From Selaginella moellendorffii (taxonomy: Eukaryota; Plantae; Lycopodiophyta): a stretch of 64,000 nucleotides of DNA. The translations under genes were made by a program, and so were the position numbers. This document shows, piece after piece, positions 1 to 12,099 of the stretch; position 1 is the first letter of the stretch; the number at the start of each line of letters is the position of its first letter. Below the pieces are notes generated by a model. That model was given only the letters and a program-made list of their open reading frames with translations, did no database searches and was not told the origin of the DNA. The stretch spans positions 3,774,880-3,838,879 of the forward strand of contig NW_003314261.1 of assembly GCF_000143415.4 (NCBI RefSeq), written 5' to 3'.

Positions 1-575
1 GGTCTCAGTTCCAGTCTCGGTCCCGGTCTCGGTCTTGACCTCGGACTCCATCTCGGGTCCTTCTCGGACTCCATCTCGGACTCCATCTCGGGTCCATCTC
101 GGACTCCATCTCAGTCCATCTTGGACTCCATCTCCGACTCCGTCTCGGTCCATCTCGGGTCCATCTCGGACTCCATCTGGGACTCCATCTTGGACTCCAT
201 CTGGGACTCCATCTCGGACTCCGTCTCAGTCCATCTCGGGTCCATCTTGGACTCCATCTCAAACTCCATCTCGGACTCCATCTTAGTCCATCTTGGACTC
301 CGTCTCGATCCATCTCGGGTCCATCTTGGACTCCATCTCGGGCACTCCCACATATCATGTGTTCGTCCTTTTGGGTCCCTTTTTTAGAGCCTTGTTTATT
401 GCTCGCTTCGTGCTCATTCCTCGAGCACTTTGTTGGGAGTTCCACTCCAGCTCTCGACCTATCAAGTTAGAGCTTTTAGTCCAAACGTGTTACGCTCGTT
501 TGGCTTTTGCTTCAGCCACTACCACGTGGCACCCTTCCGGCTCCACTTTGGGGCCTAAGGATTTTGTGTCTCACA
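1..575 (-). repeat. 3' LTR (partial) of outer family A copy, containing 12-bp ggactccatctc tandem array
   Basis: Matches the distal part of the LTR 12100-13756; ends in CA next to the PPT. Confidence 0.9.
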
Positions 576-3500
576 ACTCCACCACCCATACATGAAGTTC
601 GATGTCCTCATTGAATGGTAAACCCTTTTTTAAAGTAACACCTGCAGGTATTACCATTTCCATCCTTGGCACCCAACCAATATTTGTCTATGGTTTGACC
701 CCAAAAGCTCACCATGCTTTGTCCATCCTCTAAGGAGCATAGTCTCTCCAACATAGAGACTCACTCGACCACCTGGGGTGGTTTGCTCCCTTTTATTAGT
801 TCAGTTCTCGCTAAACACGTTAGAGACACCCTTTCTAACTCAATTCCACTACTCATTTTCGAGTAGTCTTAAATTCCATTGACATAACCTTTGCACTTTG
901 GAACTTTTAATTTTGTCTTCTCAAAGTCAATTTCCTAGGTGTCTCTGACACCTTACGTTGCACATGGTGCAACTCCACTTCCCTATCCTATGAAGTTCTT
1001 TATTTGAGGGTACCATCATCCTCTCTCCGATATCGTGCCACCTTTGGCACTAAGTTCCAGTTATCATAATTGGTGCTAGGGCTACCCACGGCCCTATTAT
1101 TTGGCTACCTTACCGCTTCCCCCTTTGGAGTATCCACTTTCGCCAAATCGGAGCAGTTGGGAATCCACCCTTGGGGAAACATTGCCTTTCCCACAATCCG
1201 TTAGCACCCAACACATTAGTGTTCTCGGCCTAACTTTGCCATTTGGATTCTTTCCCATGATTCCCATGGCTCTTTTCTTAGCCACTAGTCTTTTGCTCCT
1301 ATCCTTGATTGTTGCACCCAACAACATAGGATCGTTACCTCCATTTTCAAGGTTTCCTTTCAGTTCCATAGCAAACACTTTGCTTTGCCAAGTCCAGAGA
1401 GTGTTCACCCCTAATACGTCTCTTTAACATTTTCTGCTATGGGCTCTATCCATGGCCCAACTTTTGAGACCCTCCCATAGGTCTTTTATAGAGACTACTT
1501 TCCTCGGACTCACTATGCCATCGCATGGACATAACTTATTTCCCTTAAGGTGTTCTTCCCACTTGGTCACCTTGACCAAGCCACACCATTATTAATAGTT
1601 CAAATCAACACTTTGAACTAGAAATCATATTCCTTAACCCAAACAAAGACTTTCTCCTTGTTTAGCTACAAAATCACCTAGTGATCTCATCTTGACCCTT
1701 TAATAGGTCTACCAATAGGAACTAGGTCTTCCAGACCCTTCTACATTGTTGACTATGACTTCGGGGGCATCCCCCACACTTGGCGGTGTGCCCAAGCCAA
1801 CCCTTCCGGCCAAGGATCCATAGCAACTGAGACTAGGTGTCCTCATCTCATTCACCATGTCCTTGGTGCCCTTTGCACCAAAGTGTTCAAGTTAGATATG
1901 CCAAGCTTTCACTCTAAGCAATGCAACCGTGCATCACGACTCTGGGGCATCCCCCGCTTGGTAGTGTGCCCAAGCCAATCTCCTCATTGAGAGTCCATGA
2001 CCACCGAAATATGAATGTCCTCATATTCCAAACCATCACCACGCCCTAGTGATTTAGGATTCGAACCCAAGCACTAGAGGGTCGGGACTCAAACCCAACA
2101 TCCGTATATGCATCTACAGAAGGCATCATCCAAGATGCCTGGTGTGACTCCCCACACCGGTGCACCAACTTATAGTCAAAGCGTGCTATAGATCACAGCT
2201 TAGAAACCCAGTTCCTCCGCACTGCCAAGTCCTCTCACTTGACAAGTCTGTGATCATGCATAGACTCCTCCATGCTCGGCCCCATGGGCCACCCCTTTTG
2301 AAGTTAGCACCTTCAACTAGGGGATTTGTCCCCCTGACTTGCTATCTCACTTAGCAAGTCATTCGGCCACCGTAACATGGTTCATGCATAAGCATGAAAG
2401 TCCTTAACCATCGACTTTCATACAAACCCCTCTCTTTGAACACTCGGTAACCACTTCCCCAACCTTGATAGCCTCGCCTCATAGCCAGCTTCAAGACCAC
2501 GCTTCTGTTGTGCCACTTTGATTTTGCGTGTTCTAGGAATCATTTACGCTTGGCTTTCTAGGTACTAAGTTATCTAGAATTGTTTTTGGGAACTTTGAAG
2601 GAACTCTGTCCCTTAGCTTGCTAAAGCTTCCATTTTCGCAAGCTTTCTAGTTGCCATATAGTTTAACATGGACAATTCCATATTTTAGACTCTCCATGAC
2701 ATCACGGTTGCTAGCAACAACACCCTCGAGCCCCCACTTGATTCTCCACTCCCAACTGGCATAATCACCCTTGGTTATGCCCTTTGATTCCTATGGTTTG
2801 GTTCTATCCCCTTACTACTTACTTTTGGCTTCACACCTTTCCTTCGATCATTCTCCTCCAGACTAGGAGGATAGCTTTGCACTTTCTATTATGCTTTAGC
2901 AAGTATTCTTAGGGATGAACTGACCCAATAGCCTAGGGAGTGGTTCCTCAATCTAAGTATGTTCACTTTATAATCTCACACACCAGGATTAACATTGTTG
3001 TTTATGGGCCCTTATATGCCCATCACTAGCCTTGCCAAAATTTCATTTTTGGCTTTGTCTAATTCGGGTAGATAGTCTTCTCCTGTCTCCACAACCTTGG
3101 ACATTTGGATAGCACTTTCTATCCATCATTCGCTAGGAATTTAGTCCCTTGGGCCTTATCTATTGCCCTCGCGACATCAAACACCACTTCCTGGTGTTCT
3201 AGAGTGTTTGGATGTCCCAAATGATGGCCTCTTTGACTGCCGCTACTAGTCCTAGCAGAGGTTCACCGGATTGTTAAGGAGGCCATGGGCGAGAAGATGT
3301 GTCCAATGGTTGAGGAGCCGTCCATGGCTGAGGAGAGCATGCTGGGTGAGGAGACACGATTGCCACCACAACCACCACGACTGTCGCCACAATGAGCATT
3401 CCTTTTTACGACATTGACTTACTATATCGGCACATAAGCAATTTATCCCCCATAAGGGTATATCTAATTTTCTTATGCCATTAAGAAGTCTTAGGTAGCT

Positions 3501-4169
3501 ACCTTCTACCAGTTTAACCAATTATCTTGCACTTTTTGCTTAGTTCCTTCATAGTTGTCAAGTCCTACAACTCATTGTTGGTGCTTCCACACCTCCATCA
3601 TTATTTTGGTCACCACACTCTACCACATGACTTCCAACTTAGGCTATGCCATTCCTATTTCCGTTGGGATTCCCTTGGCAAGGGGTTCTTATGAACCCAC
3701 CAACATAACCTCAAAGTACCTCACCTTGGCATATTTGGTGTCTCCACACCATTGGCCCCACGAGCTTATCCTTATGACACTATTTATTAGTGTTTAGGTC
3801 TTTGCCAAGACCAATATTGTTGTTCCTCATGCTAACTATTCGTTAGCACCGCACTATAGTGTTTGCACCTAACTCTGGGCCAAAGTTGTTTTCTTCTAGG
3901 AACATCTTTCCCACAACTTTAGTATGGCACATTCTACCATTAATGAGATACTTACTGTTCTCATACTTGGATCTTATGATCCTCCCCATACCCCATGGGG
4001 TACCATACACCTCAGTCCAAATGCTTCAACCAATCCCTTAGGACCATTCCCTAACTCCACTTGAGTCATCCAGTATTTTGGACTTTGCTAATCCAACAAC
4101 CTGCGAGGTCTTAGTTTTCAAGGTGCCAACTCGCTGGAGTACAACTTTTTGTATTCATGTCCTACTCAC

Positions 4170-5818
4170 TGTAAGCAACTAATTTTTCTATTCTACTTTA
4201 GTCACTTAACCACACCTCCGACCACTTGGAGGAATCTCATTCACAACCTCCATCAGTCCAATTCAGGACTTGGGACTTGCTAGCCTCAAGGATGGCATCC
4301 ATGCCACTCACCACTTGCATCTGGTCCAAGTGCTCCTTGTGTCCGGTCCCAAGATCGACACCCAAAGGTACCACTGACATCTCGGCCTGTTACACTAAGG
4401 CCATGCCCATTCACCTTTGCTGCACTAGTGGTCCAATACCACTTGCATCACAATCCCGTCTCTCCAAGACTGGGCCATCTGTCCACGAGTGGTCATCCTA
4501 GATCCACTCCTTAGCATCCTTAGGATGCCCACAGACCTGGGGAATTGCCTTCCCCAAAGTCCCTTTGTCAGTTCCTACTAAGTCCCTTTTTGCGCCTGGC
4601 CATGTTTGCCAACATTGCCACTGGATCGAGGCCCACAGGCCCAACCACTAATTCCCATGGTCCTCTAGGACTTCCTCACCACACGACTGTGTCCTTGGTC
4701 ACTACCCCAGAGGACTCCTCCTCTTCCTTTGCACAGTCTAGGCCTTTGGGACAACATTTCGGAACACCGTGGCCTTACGCGAGCCACCTGGGTACTCTCC
4801 CCGCCTTTCGCCTTTAGGTGCTCTAGCCATGGGCTTAGAGCAAGGTTCCGTTGAGCCACGCCTGGTATCCAAGTAGGTAGTGCCACCCACACTTGGACTG
4901 GGAGCATCGGCCAGTCGATCTCCCGGGGGAACTAGAGCCGGCTCTTGAACACTTCACCAAGCTACCCCGCTTGTCGGTCTGTGTTCACTCTAGTCTTGGA
5001 CTTCTCAGTGGGCAGCTCATCACCCAACACTAGGTCTGGCCTTTCTGGGCCAAACTGGCCTTTCCTGGCCAAACTGGCTCCACTGCAGTCCTCCCCCTTA
5101 CTATACTTTTGGAGCTCACCAAACCCCCCAGGGTCTGGGAGACAAACGCTTTGGGCTTTCACCCTCTCAGACTCGAACTCGGACTCGGACTCGGACTCGG
5201 ACTCGGACTCGGACTCGGACTCGGGCGCGGGCTCGGTCTCGGCCTCGGCCTCGGTCTCGTTCTCGGTCCCGATCTCGGTCTCGGTCTCGGTCTCGGTCTT
5301 GGTCCCGGTCTCGGTCTCGACTTCGATCTCCACCTCGGACTCCATCTCGGACTCCATCTCGGACTCCATCTCGGACTCCCAGAGTCTACCTCTCTAGGGT
5401 CCATCTCGGACTCCATCTCGGACTCCATTTCGGGTCCATCTCGGACTCCATATCGGACTCCACTTCGGGTCCATCTCGGACTCCATATCGGACTCCACTT
5501 CGGGTCCATCTCGGACTCCAACTAGGGTCCGTCTCGGACTCCATCTCGGGTCCGTCTCGGACTCCATTTCGGGTCCATCTCGGACTCCTCCACGTGTCAT
5601 GTGTTGGTCCTTTTTGGGTCCCTTTTTGGAGGTTTGCTTATCGCTCGCTTTGTGCTCGCTCCTTGAGCACTTTGTTGGGAGTTCCACTCCCGCTCTCGAC
5701 CTTTCAAGTCGAAGCTTTTAGCCCAAACGTGTTACGCTCGTTTGGCTTTCACTTCGGCCACTACCACGTGGCACCCTTTCCAGCTCCACTTTGGGGCCTA
5801 GGGATTTTGTGTCTCACA
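4170..5818 (-). repeat. 3' LTR of inner family A copy
   Basis: tgtaagc...tctcaca, near-identical to 9843-11472 apart from the tandem array. Confidence 0.95.
5170..5590. repeat. LTR minisatellite: (ggactc)n / (ggtctc)n hexamers and 12-bp ggactccatctc units; also at ~1-340, ~10840-11245, ~13100-13520
   Basis: Directly visible tandem units; source of the ESEM/SPRW/LGLG ORFs. Confidence 0.95.
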
Positions 5819-8800
5819 ACTCCACCACCCATAGACGAAGTTCGATGTCCTCATCGAACGGTAAACCCTTTTATAAAGTAACACCCTCAGGTATTACCAT
5901 TCCCATCCTTGGCACCCGGCCAATATTTGTCTATGGTTTGACCCCGAAGGCTCACCATGCGTTGTCCATCCTCTAAGGAGGATAGTCTCTCCAACTTAGA
6001 AACTGATTGAACCACTTGGGGTGGTTCTTTCCGTTTATTGGTTTAGTTCTCGCTAAACCCGTTAGAGGCACCCTCTCTAACTCAATTCCACTACTCATTC
6101 TTGAGTAGTCACAGATTCCATTGATCTACCTTTGCACTTTGGAACGTTTACTTTTGACTTCTTGAAGTCAATTTCCTAGGTGTTTCCGACACCTTGCCTT
6201 GCACATTTTGTGCAACTCCACTTCCCCTCCTAGGAAGTCCTCTACTCGAGGGCACCCTCATCCTCTTTTCTATTTTTGTGCCACCATTGGCATTACGTTC
6301 CATTTATCATTATTTGTGCTAGGGCTGTCCACGGCCCTATCATTTGGCTACTTAGTTGCTCCCTCACTTGGAGCCTTTCCTTTGCCAAATTGGAGCACTT
6401 GGGAATCCATCCTTGGAAGTCCACTTCTTTTTCCGCAATTCGTTAGCATCAACCACATTAGTGTTCTTTGGCTAACTTTGCCACTTGGATTCTTTCCAAT
6501 GGATTCCACAGCCCTATCTTGGGCACTCGTCTTTTGCTCCTAACAACATCGGATCATTACCTCCATTCTCGAGGTATCCTCTTGATTCCACAGCAAAGAC
6601 TTTACTTTGCCAAGTCCAAAGGGTGCTCACCCCTAGTACGTCTCTTTAGCATTTCCTGTTGTGGGCTCTATCCACGGCCCAACTTTTGAGACCCTCCCTT
6701 GGATCTTTTATAGAGACTACTTTTCTCGGACTTACTATGCCATAGCCGTGACATAGCTCATTTCCCATAGGTGCTCTTCCCACTTGGTCACCTTGACCAA
6801 GCCACACCATTATCAGTAGTTCAAATCAACACTTTGAACTAGGAATCATATCCCTTAACCCAAACAAAGACCTTGTCCTTGTTTGGCCACAAGATCACCT
6901 AGTGATCTCATCTTGACCCCTTAATAGGTCTACCAATAGGGACTAGGTCTTCCAGACCCTTCTAAGTTGTTGACTATGACCCCGGGGGCATCCCCCACAC
7001 TTGGCGGTGCGCCCAAGCCAGCCCTTCCGGCTAAGGATCCATAACAACTGAGACTGGGTGTCCCCATCTCATTCACCACGTCCTTGGTGCATTTTGCACC
7101 AAAGTGTTCAAGTTAGATATGCCGAGCTTTCACTCTAAGCAATCTAACCGTGCATCACGACTCCGAGGCATCCCTCGTTTGGCGGTGTGCCCAAACCAGT
7201 CTCCCCACTGAGAGTCCATGACCACCGAAATATGAGTGTCCTCATATTCCAAACCATCACCACGCCCTAGTGATTTAGGACTCGAACCCAAGCACTAGAG
7301 GGTCGGGACTCAAACCCAACCTCCGTATATGCATCTACGGACGGCATCACACAAGATGCCTGGCGTGACTCCCCACGCCGGTGCACCAACTTATTTTTAA
7401 AGCGCGCTACAAATCACAGCTTAGGAACTTAGTTCCTCCACACTGCCAAGTCCTCTCACTTGACATGTCTGTGATCATGCATGGACTCCTCCACGCTCGG
7501 CCCCATGGCCCACCCTTTTTGAAGTTATCACCTTCAACTAGGGTATTTGTTCCCCCGACGTGCCAATCTCGCTTGGTAAGTCCTCTGACCACTGTAACAT
7601 GGTTCCTGCATAAGCGTGAAAGTCCTTGATCATCGACTTTTGTTCAAAGCCCTCTCTTTGAACACTCGGGAACTACTTCCCTAACCTTGATAGCCTTGCC
7701 TCATGGCAAGCTTCAAGACCACGCTTCTGCTGCGCCACTCTGATTTCGCGCGTTCCATGAACCATTTACACTGGCCTTTCTAGGTACTAAGCTACCTAGA
7801 ATCGTCTTTGGGAACCTTGAAGGAACTCTGTCCCTCAGCTTGCTAAGGCCTCCCTTTTTGCAAGCCTTCAAAATGCCACATAGTCTAACATGGACAATTC
7901 CATATTTTAGACTCTCCATGGCATCACGGTTGCTAGCGGCAACACCCTCGAGCCCCCACTTGATTCTCCACTCCCAGCTGGCATAACTAACCTTAGTTAT
8001 GCCCTTTGATTCCTATGGTTCGGTTTTATCCCCTTACTTCTTGCTTTTTGGCTTCACACCTTTCCTTTGGTCATTCTCCTCCAGACCAGGAGGATAGCTT
8101 TGCACTTTCTATCACGCTTTAGCAAGTATTCTTAGGGATGAACCTACCCAATAGCCTAGGGAGTGGTTCCTCAATCTGGGTATGCTCACCTTATAATCCC
8201 ACACACTGGGATTACATTGTTGCTTATGGGCCTTTACATGCCCATCACTAGCCTTGCCAAAATTCCATTTTTGGCTTTGTCCAACTCGGGTAGACAGTCC
8301 TCTCCCGTCTCCGCAACCTTGGACATTTGGATAGCACCTTCTATCCATCATTCGCTAGGGACTTAGTCCCTTGGGCTTTATCCATTGCCCTCGCGACATC
8401 AAACACCACCTTCTGGTGTTCTAGAGTGTCCGGGTGTCCCAATGATGGCTTTCTTGACAATGAGTATTTCCTTTTATGACATTGACTTACTATATCGCAA
8501 CACAAGCAACTTATCCCCCGTAAGGGTATATCCAACTTCCTTATGCTATTAAGAAGTCTTGGGTAGCTACCTTCTACCCGTTTAACCAGTTATTTTGCAC
8601 CTCTTGCTTAGTTGCCTCATAGTTGTCAAGTCCTACAACTCATTGCTCGGTGCTTTCACACCTCCATCATTATCTGGGTCACCACACTCCAACTGCATGC
8701 TCTGCAGCTTAGACTATGCCATTTCCATTTCCATTGGGATTCCTTTGGCAAGGGGTTCTCATGAACCCACCAACATAGCCTCAAGGTATCACACCTTGGC

Positions 8801-9828
8801 ACATTTGGTGTCTCCACACCATCAGCTCCACGAGCCTACCTCTATGACACTTCTTCTTTGTGTCTAAGTCTTTGCCAAGACCAATACCACTCTTTCTCAT
8901 GCCAACCATCTGTTAGCACTACACCATAGAGGTCACACACAACTTTGTTTCAAAGTTGTTTTCTTTTGGGAACACCCTTACCACGACTTTAGCATGGCAC
9001 ATTTTGCCATCGATGAGATACCCTCTGTTCTCATCCTTCGATGCTATGATCCCCCCCCCATCCTTCGTGGGGTACCACACACCTCAGTCCAAATGCTTCC
9101 ATCAATCCTTTAGGATTATTCCTTGACTCTATTGGAGTCATCCAGCTTTTTGGACTTTGTCATCCGACGACCCATGAGGTCCTATCTTTGAGGTGCCAGC
9201 TCACTGGAATACAACTTCTTGTATTCAGGTCCTACTCACAGGGACCATCTTTGCAAGTGTTACTCCGACACTTGATTTGTTCTCTTGGGGCAACCTTTTG
9301 CCTCTTAGGACCACTTGTCCATGTGATGAGAATACCAACTCATCCTCGAAGTACATCCCCAACTCCTTGGGTTGTTCCAGCATTTATCAAGGGTAACCTC
9401 AGCTACCATTTCGAGGACTTGTGTCCTCTCCTATACTTGACCTCCCATGGTCATCAATTCCGGTCTCAAAGTTATGAGCACCGGCCTCAACTATATGAGG
9501 GTAATCTTGTGACTCCTTTATTATTTTGGAGTCTACATTTTTCCCGTGATCCCAATTATAGTTGTTTACCACAACTACGTTAGCCCATTTGCTGCGTCAA
9601 ACGCTCATCTGGATCACATCCCCAGCTCTCTGAGGAAACCTTATACTGTTCCCAAGATCCCAAAGTCGTTTTATTATTGGCCCTTTTCTATCCACCACAT
9701 CGTGCCCAAGTTCACTTATGAACCTTAGTGGTGCTACTCCTCAAGGATAGGCCCCCTCCTAGGACCTTCCAATGCCAACATCAATGGTGATATACTTGAG
9801 CACCAATAAAAGTCGGACTAAGGAACAG

Positions 9829-9839
9829 CTCTGATACCA
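9829..9839 (-). promoter_or_regulatory. Primer binding site (initiator tRNA-Met)
   Basis: Minus strand tggtatcagag, 3 nt inside the 5' LTR end. Confidence 0.9.
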
Positions 9840-9842
9840 AGT

Positions 9843-10938
9843 TGTAAGCGACTAATTTTTCTATTCTACTTTAGTCACTTAACCACACCTCCGACCACTT
9901 GGAGGAGTCTCATTCACAACCTCCATCAGTCCAATTCAGGACTTGGGACTTGCTAGCCTCAAGGATGGCATCCATGCCACTCACCACTTGCATCTGGTCC
10001 AAGTGCTCCTCGTGTCCGGTCCCAAGACCGACACCCAAAGGTACCACTGACATCTCAGCCTGTTACGCTAAGGCCATGCCCATTCACCTTTGCTGCACTA
10101 GTGGTCCAATACCACTTGCATCACAATCCCGTCTCTCCAAGACTGGGCCATCTGTCCACGAGTGGTCATCCTAGATCCACTCCTTAGCATCCTTAGGATG
10201 CCCACAGACCTGGGGAATTGCCTTCCCCAAAGTCCCTTTGTCAGTTCCTACTAAATCCCTTTCTGCCCCTGGCCATGTTTGCCAACATTGCCACTGGATC
10301 GAGGCCCACAGGCCCAACCCCTAATTCCCATGGTCCTCTGGGTCTTCTCACCACACGACTGTGTCCTTGGTCACTACCCCAGAGGACTCCTCCTCTTCCT
10401 TTGCACAGTCTAGGCCTTTGGGACAACATTTCGGAACACCGTGGCCTTACGCGAGCCACCTGGGTACTCTCCCCGCCTTTCGCCTTTAGGTGCTCTAGCC
10501 ATGGGCTTAGAGCAAGGTTCCGTTGAGCCACGCCTGGTATCCAAGTAGGTAGTGCCACCCACACTTGGACTGGGAGCATCGGCCAGTCGATCTCCCGGGG
10601 GAACTAGAGCCGGCTCTTGAACACTTCACCAAGCTACCCCGCTTGTCGGTCTGTGTTCACTCTAGTCTTGGACTTCTTAGTGGGCAGCTCATCACCCAAC
10701 ACTAGGTCTGGCCTTTCTGGGCCAAACTGGCCTTTCCTGGCCAAACTGGCTCCACTGCAGTCCTCCCCCTTACTATACTTTTGGAGCTCACCAAACCCCC
10801 CAGGGTCTGGGAGACGAACGCTTTGGGCTTTCACCCTCTCAGACTCGAACTCGGACTCGGACTCGGACTCGGACTCGGACTCGGACTCGGGCGCGGGCTC
10901 GGTCTCGGCCTCGGCCTCGGTCTCGTTCTCGGTCCCGA

Positions 10939-10970
<32 letters not shown>

Positions 10971-11472
10971 CCGGTCTCGGTCTCGACTTTGGACTCCATC
11001 TCGGACTCCATCTCAGACTCCATCTCGGACTCCATCTCGGACTCCATTTCGGGTCCATCTCGGACTCCATCTCGGGTCCATCTCGGACTCCATCTCGAAC
11101 TCCATTTCGGGTCCATCTCAGGTCCACCTCAGACTCCATCTCGGACTCCACTTCGGACTCCATATCGGACTCCACTTCGGGTCCATCTCGGACTCCAACT
11201 AGGGTCCGTCTCGGACTCCATCTCGGGTCCATCTCGGACTCCTCCACGTGTCATGTGTTGGTCCTTTTTGGGTCCCTTTTTGGAGGTTTGCTTATTGCTC
11301 GCTTTGTGCTCGCTCCTTGAGCACTTTGTTGGGAGTTCCACTCCCGCTCTCGACCTTTCAAGTCGGAGCTTTTAGCCCAAACGTGTTACGCTCGTTTGGC
11401 TTTCACTTCGGCCACTACCACGTGGCACCCTTTCCAGCTCCACTTTGGGGCCTAGGGATTTTGTGTCTCACA
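9843..11472 (-). repeat. 5' LTR of inner family A copy
   Basis: Adjacent to PBS; direct repeat of 4170-5818. Confidence 0.95.
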
Positions 11473-12099
11473 CTCACAAGGACAATCTTTGCAAGTGTTA
11501 CTCCGACACTTGATGATTTTCTTAGGGCTAACCTTTGCCCCTTAGGACTACTTGTCCATGTGATGAGAATAACAACTCATCTTTAAATACACCCCCAACT
11601 CCTTGGGTTGTTCCAACATTTATTAGAGGTAGCCCCGGCTACCATTTCAAGGACTAGTGTCCTCTTCTGTATTTAACCTCCCACGGTCACCAATTCCGGT
11701 GTCAAATTTATGAGTACCAGCCTCAACTATATAAGGGTAATTTTGTGACTCCTTTATTGTTTTGGAGTCCACATCTTTTCCGTGATCCCAACTGTAGTTG
11801 TTTACCACAACTACATCAGCCAGTTTGCTAAGTCAAACGCTCATCTGGATCACATCCTCAACTCTCTGAGGAAACCCTTATACTGTTCCCAAGATCCCAA
11901 AGTCGTTCCTTTACTAGCCCTTTTCTATCCACCACATTGCGCCCAAGTTCACGCATGAACTTGAGTGGAGAGCCATGTTCTCTCGACATGCTACTCTTCA
12001 AGGACAGGCCCACTCCTAGGACCTTCTGATGCCAACATCAATGGTGATATACTTGAGCACCAATAAAAGTCAGGCTAAGGAATAGCTCCGATACCAAGT

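Larger units (their letters stand above)
4170..11472 (-). mobile_element. Family A LTR retrotransposon, inner complete copy (7.3 kb, non-autonomous)
   Basis: TG...CA LTRs 4170-5818 and 9843-11472; 5-bp TSD ctcac at 4165-4169 and 11473-11477; PPT 5819-5830; PBS tggtatcagag (minus) 9829-9839. Confidence 0.95.

Noticed and set aside
5-445. SPRW/ESEM/LGLG/SDSI repeat ORFs in all family A and B LTRs (SPxx-like DNA-binding look)
   Set aside because: Open in most frames because the hexamer repeats lack stop codons; lengths and frames are not conserved between sister LTRs
5170-5590. Possible CRISPR-like array
   Set aside because: Contiguous tandem units without unique spacers; eukaryotic LTR context; no cas genes
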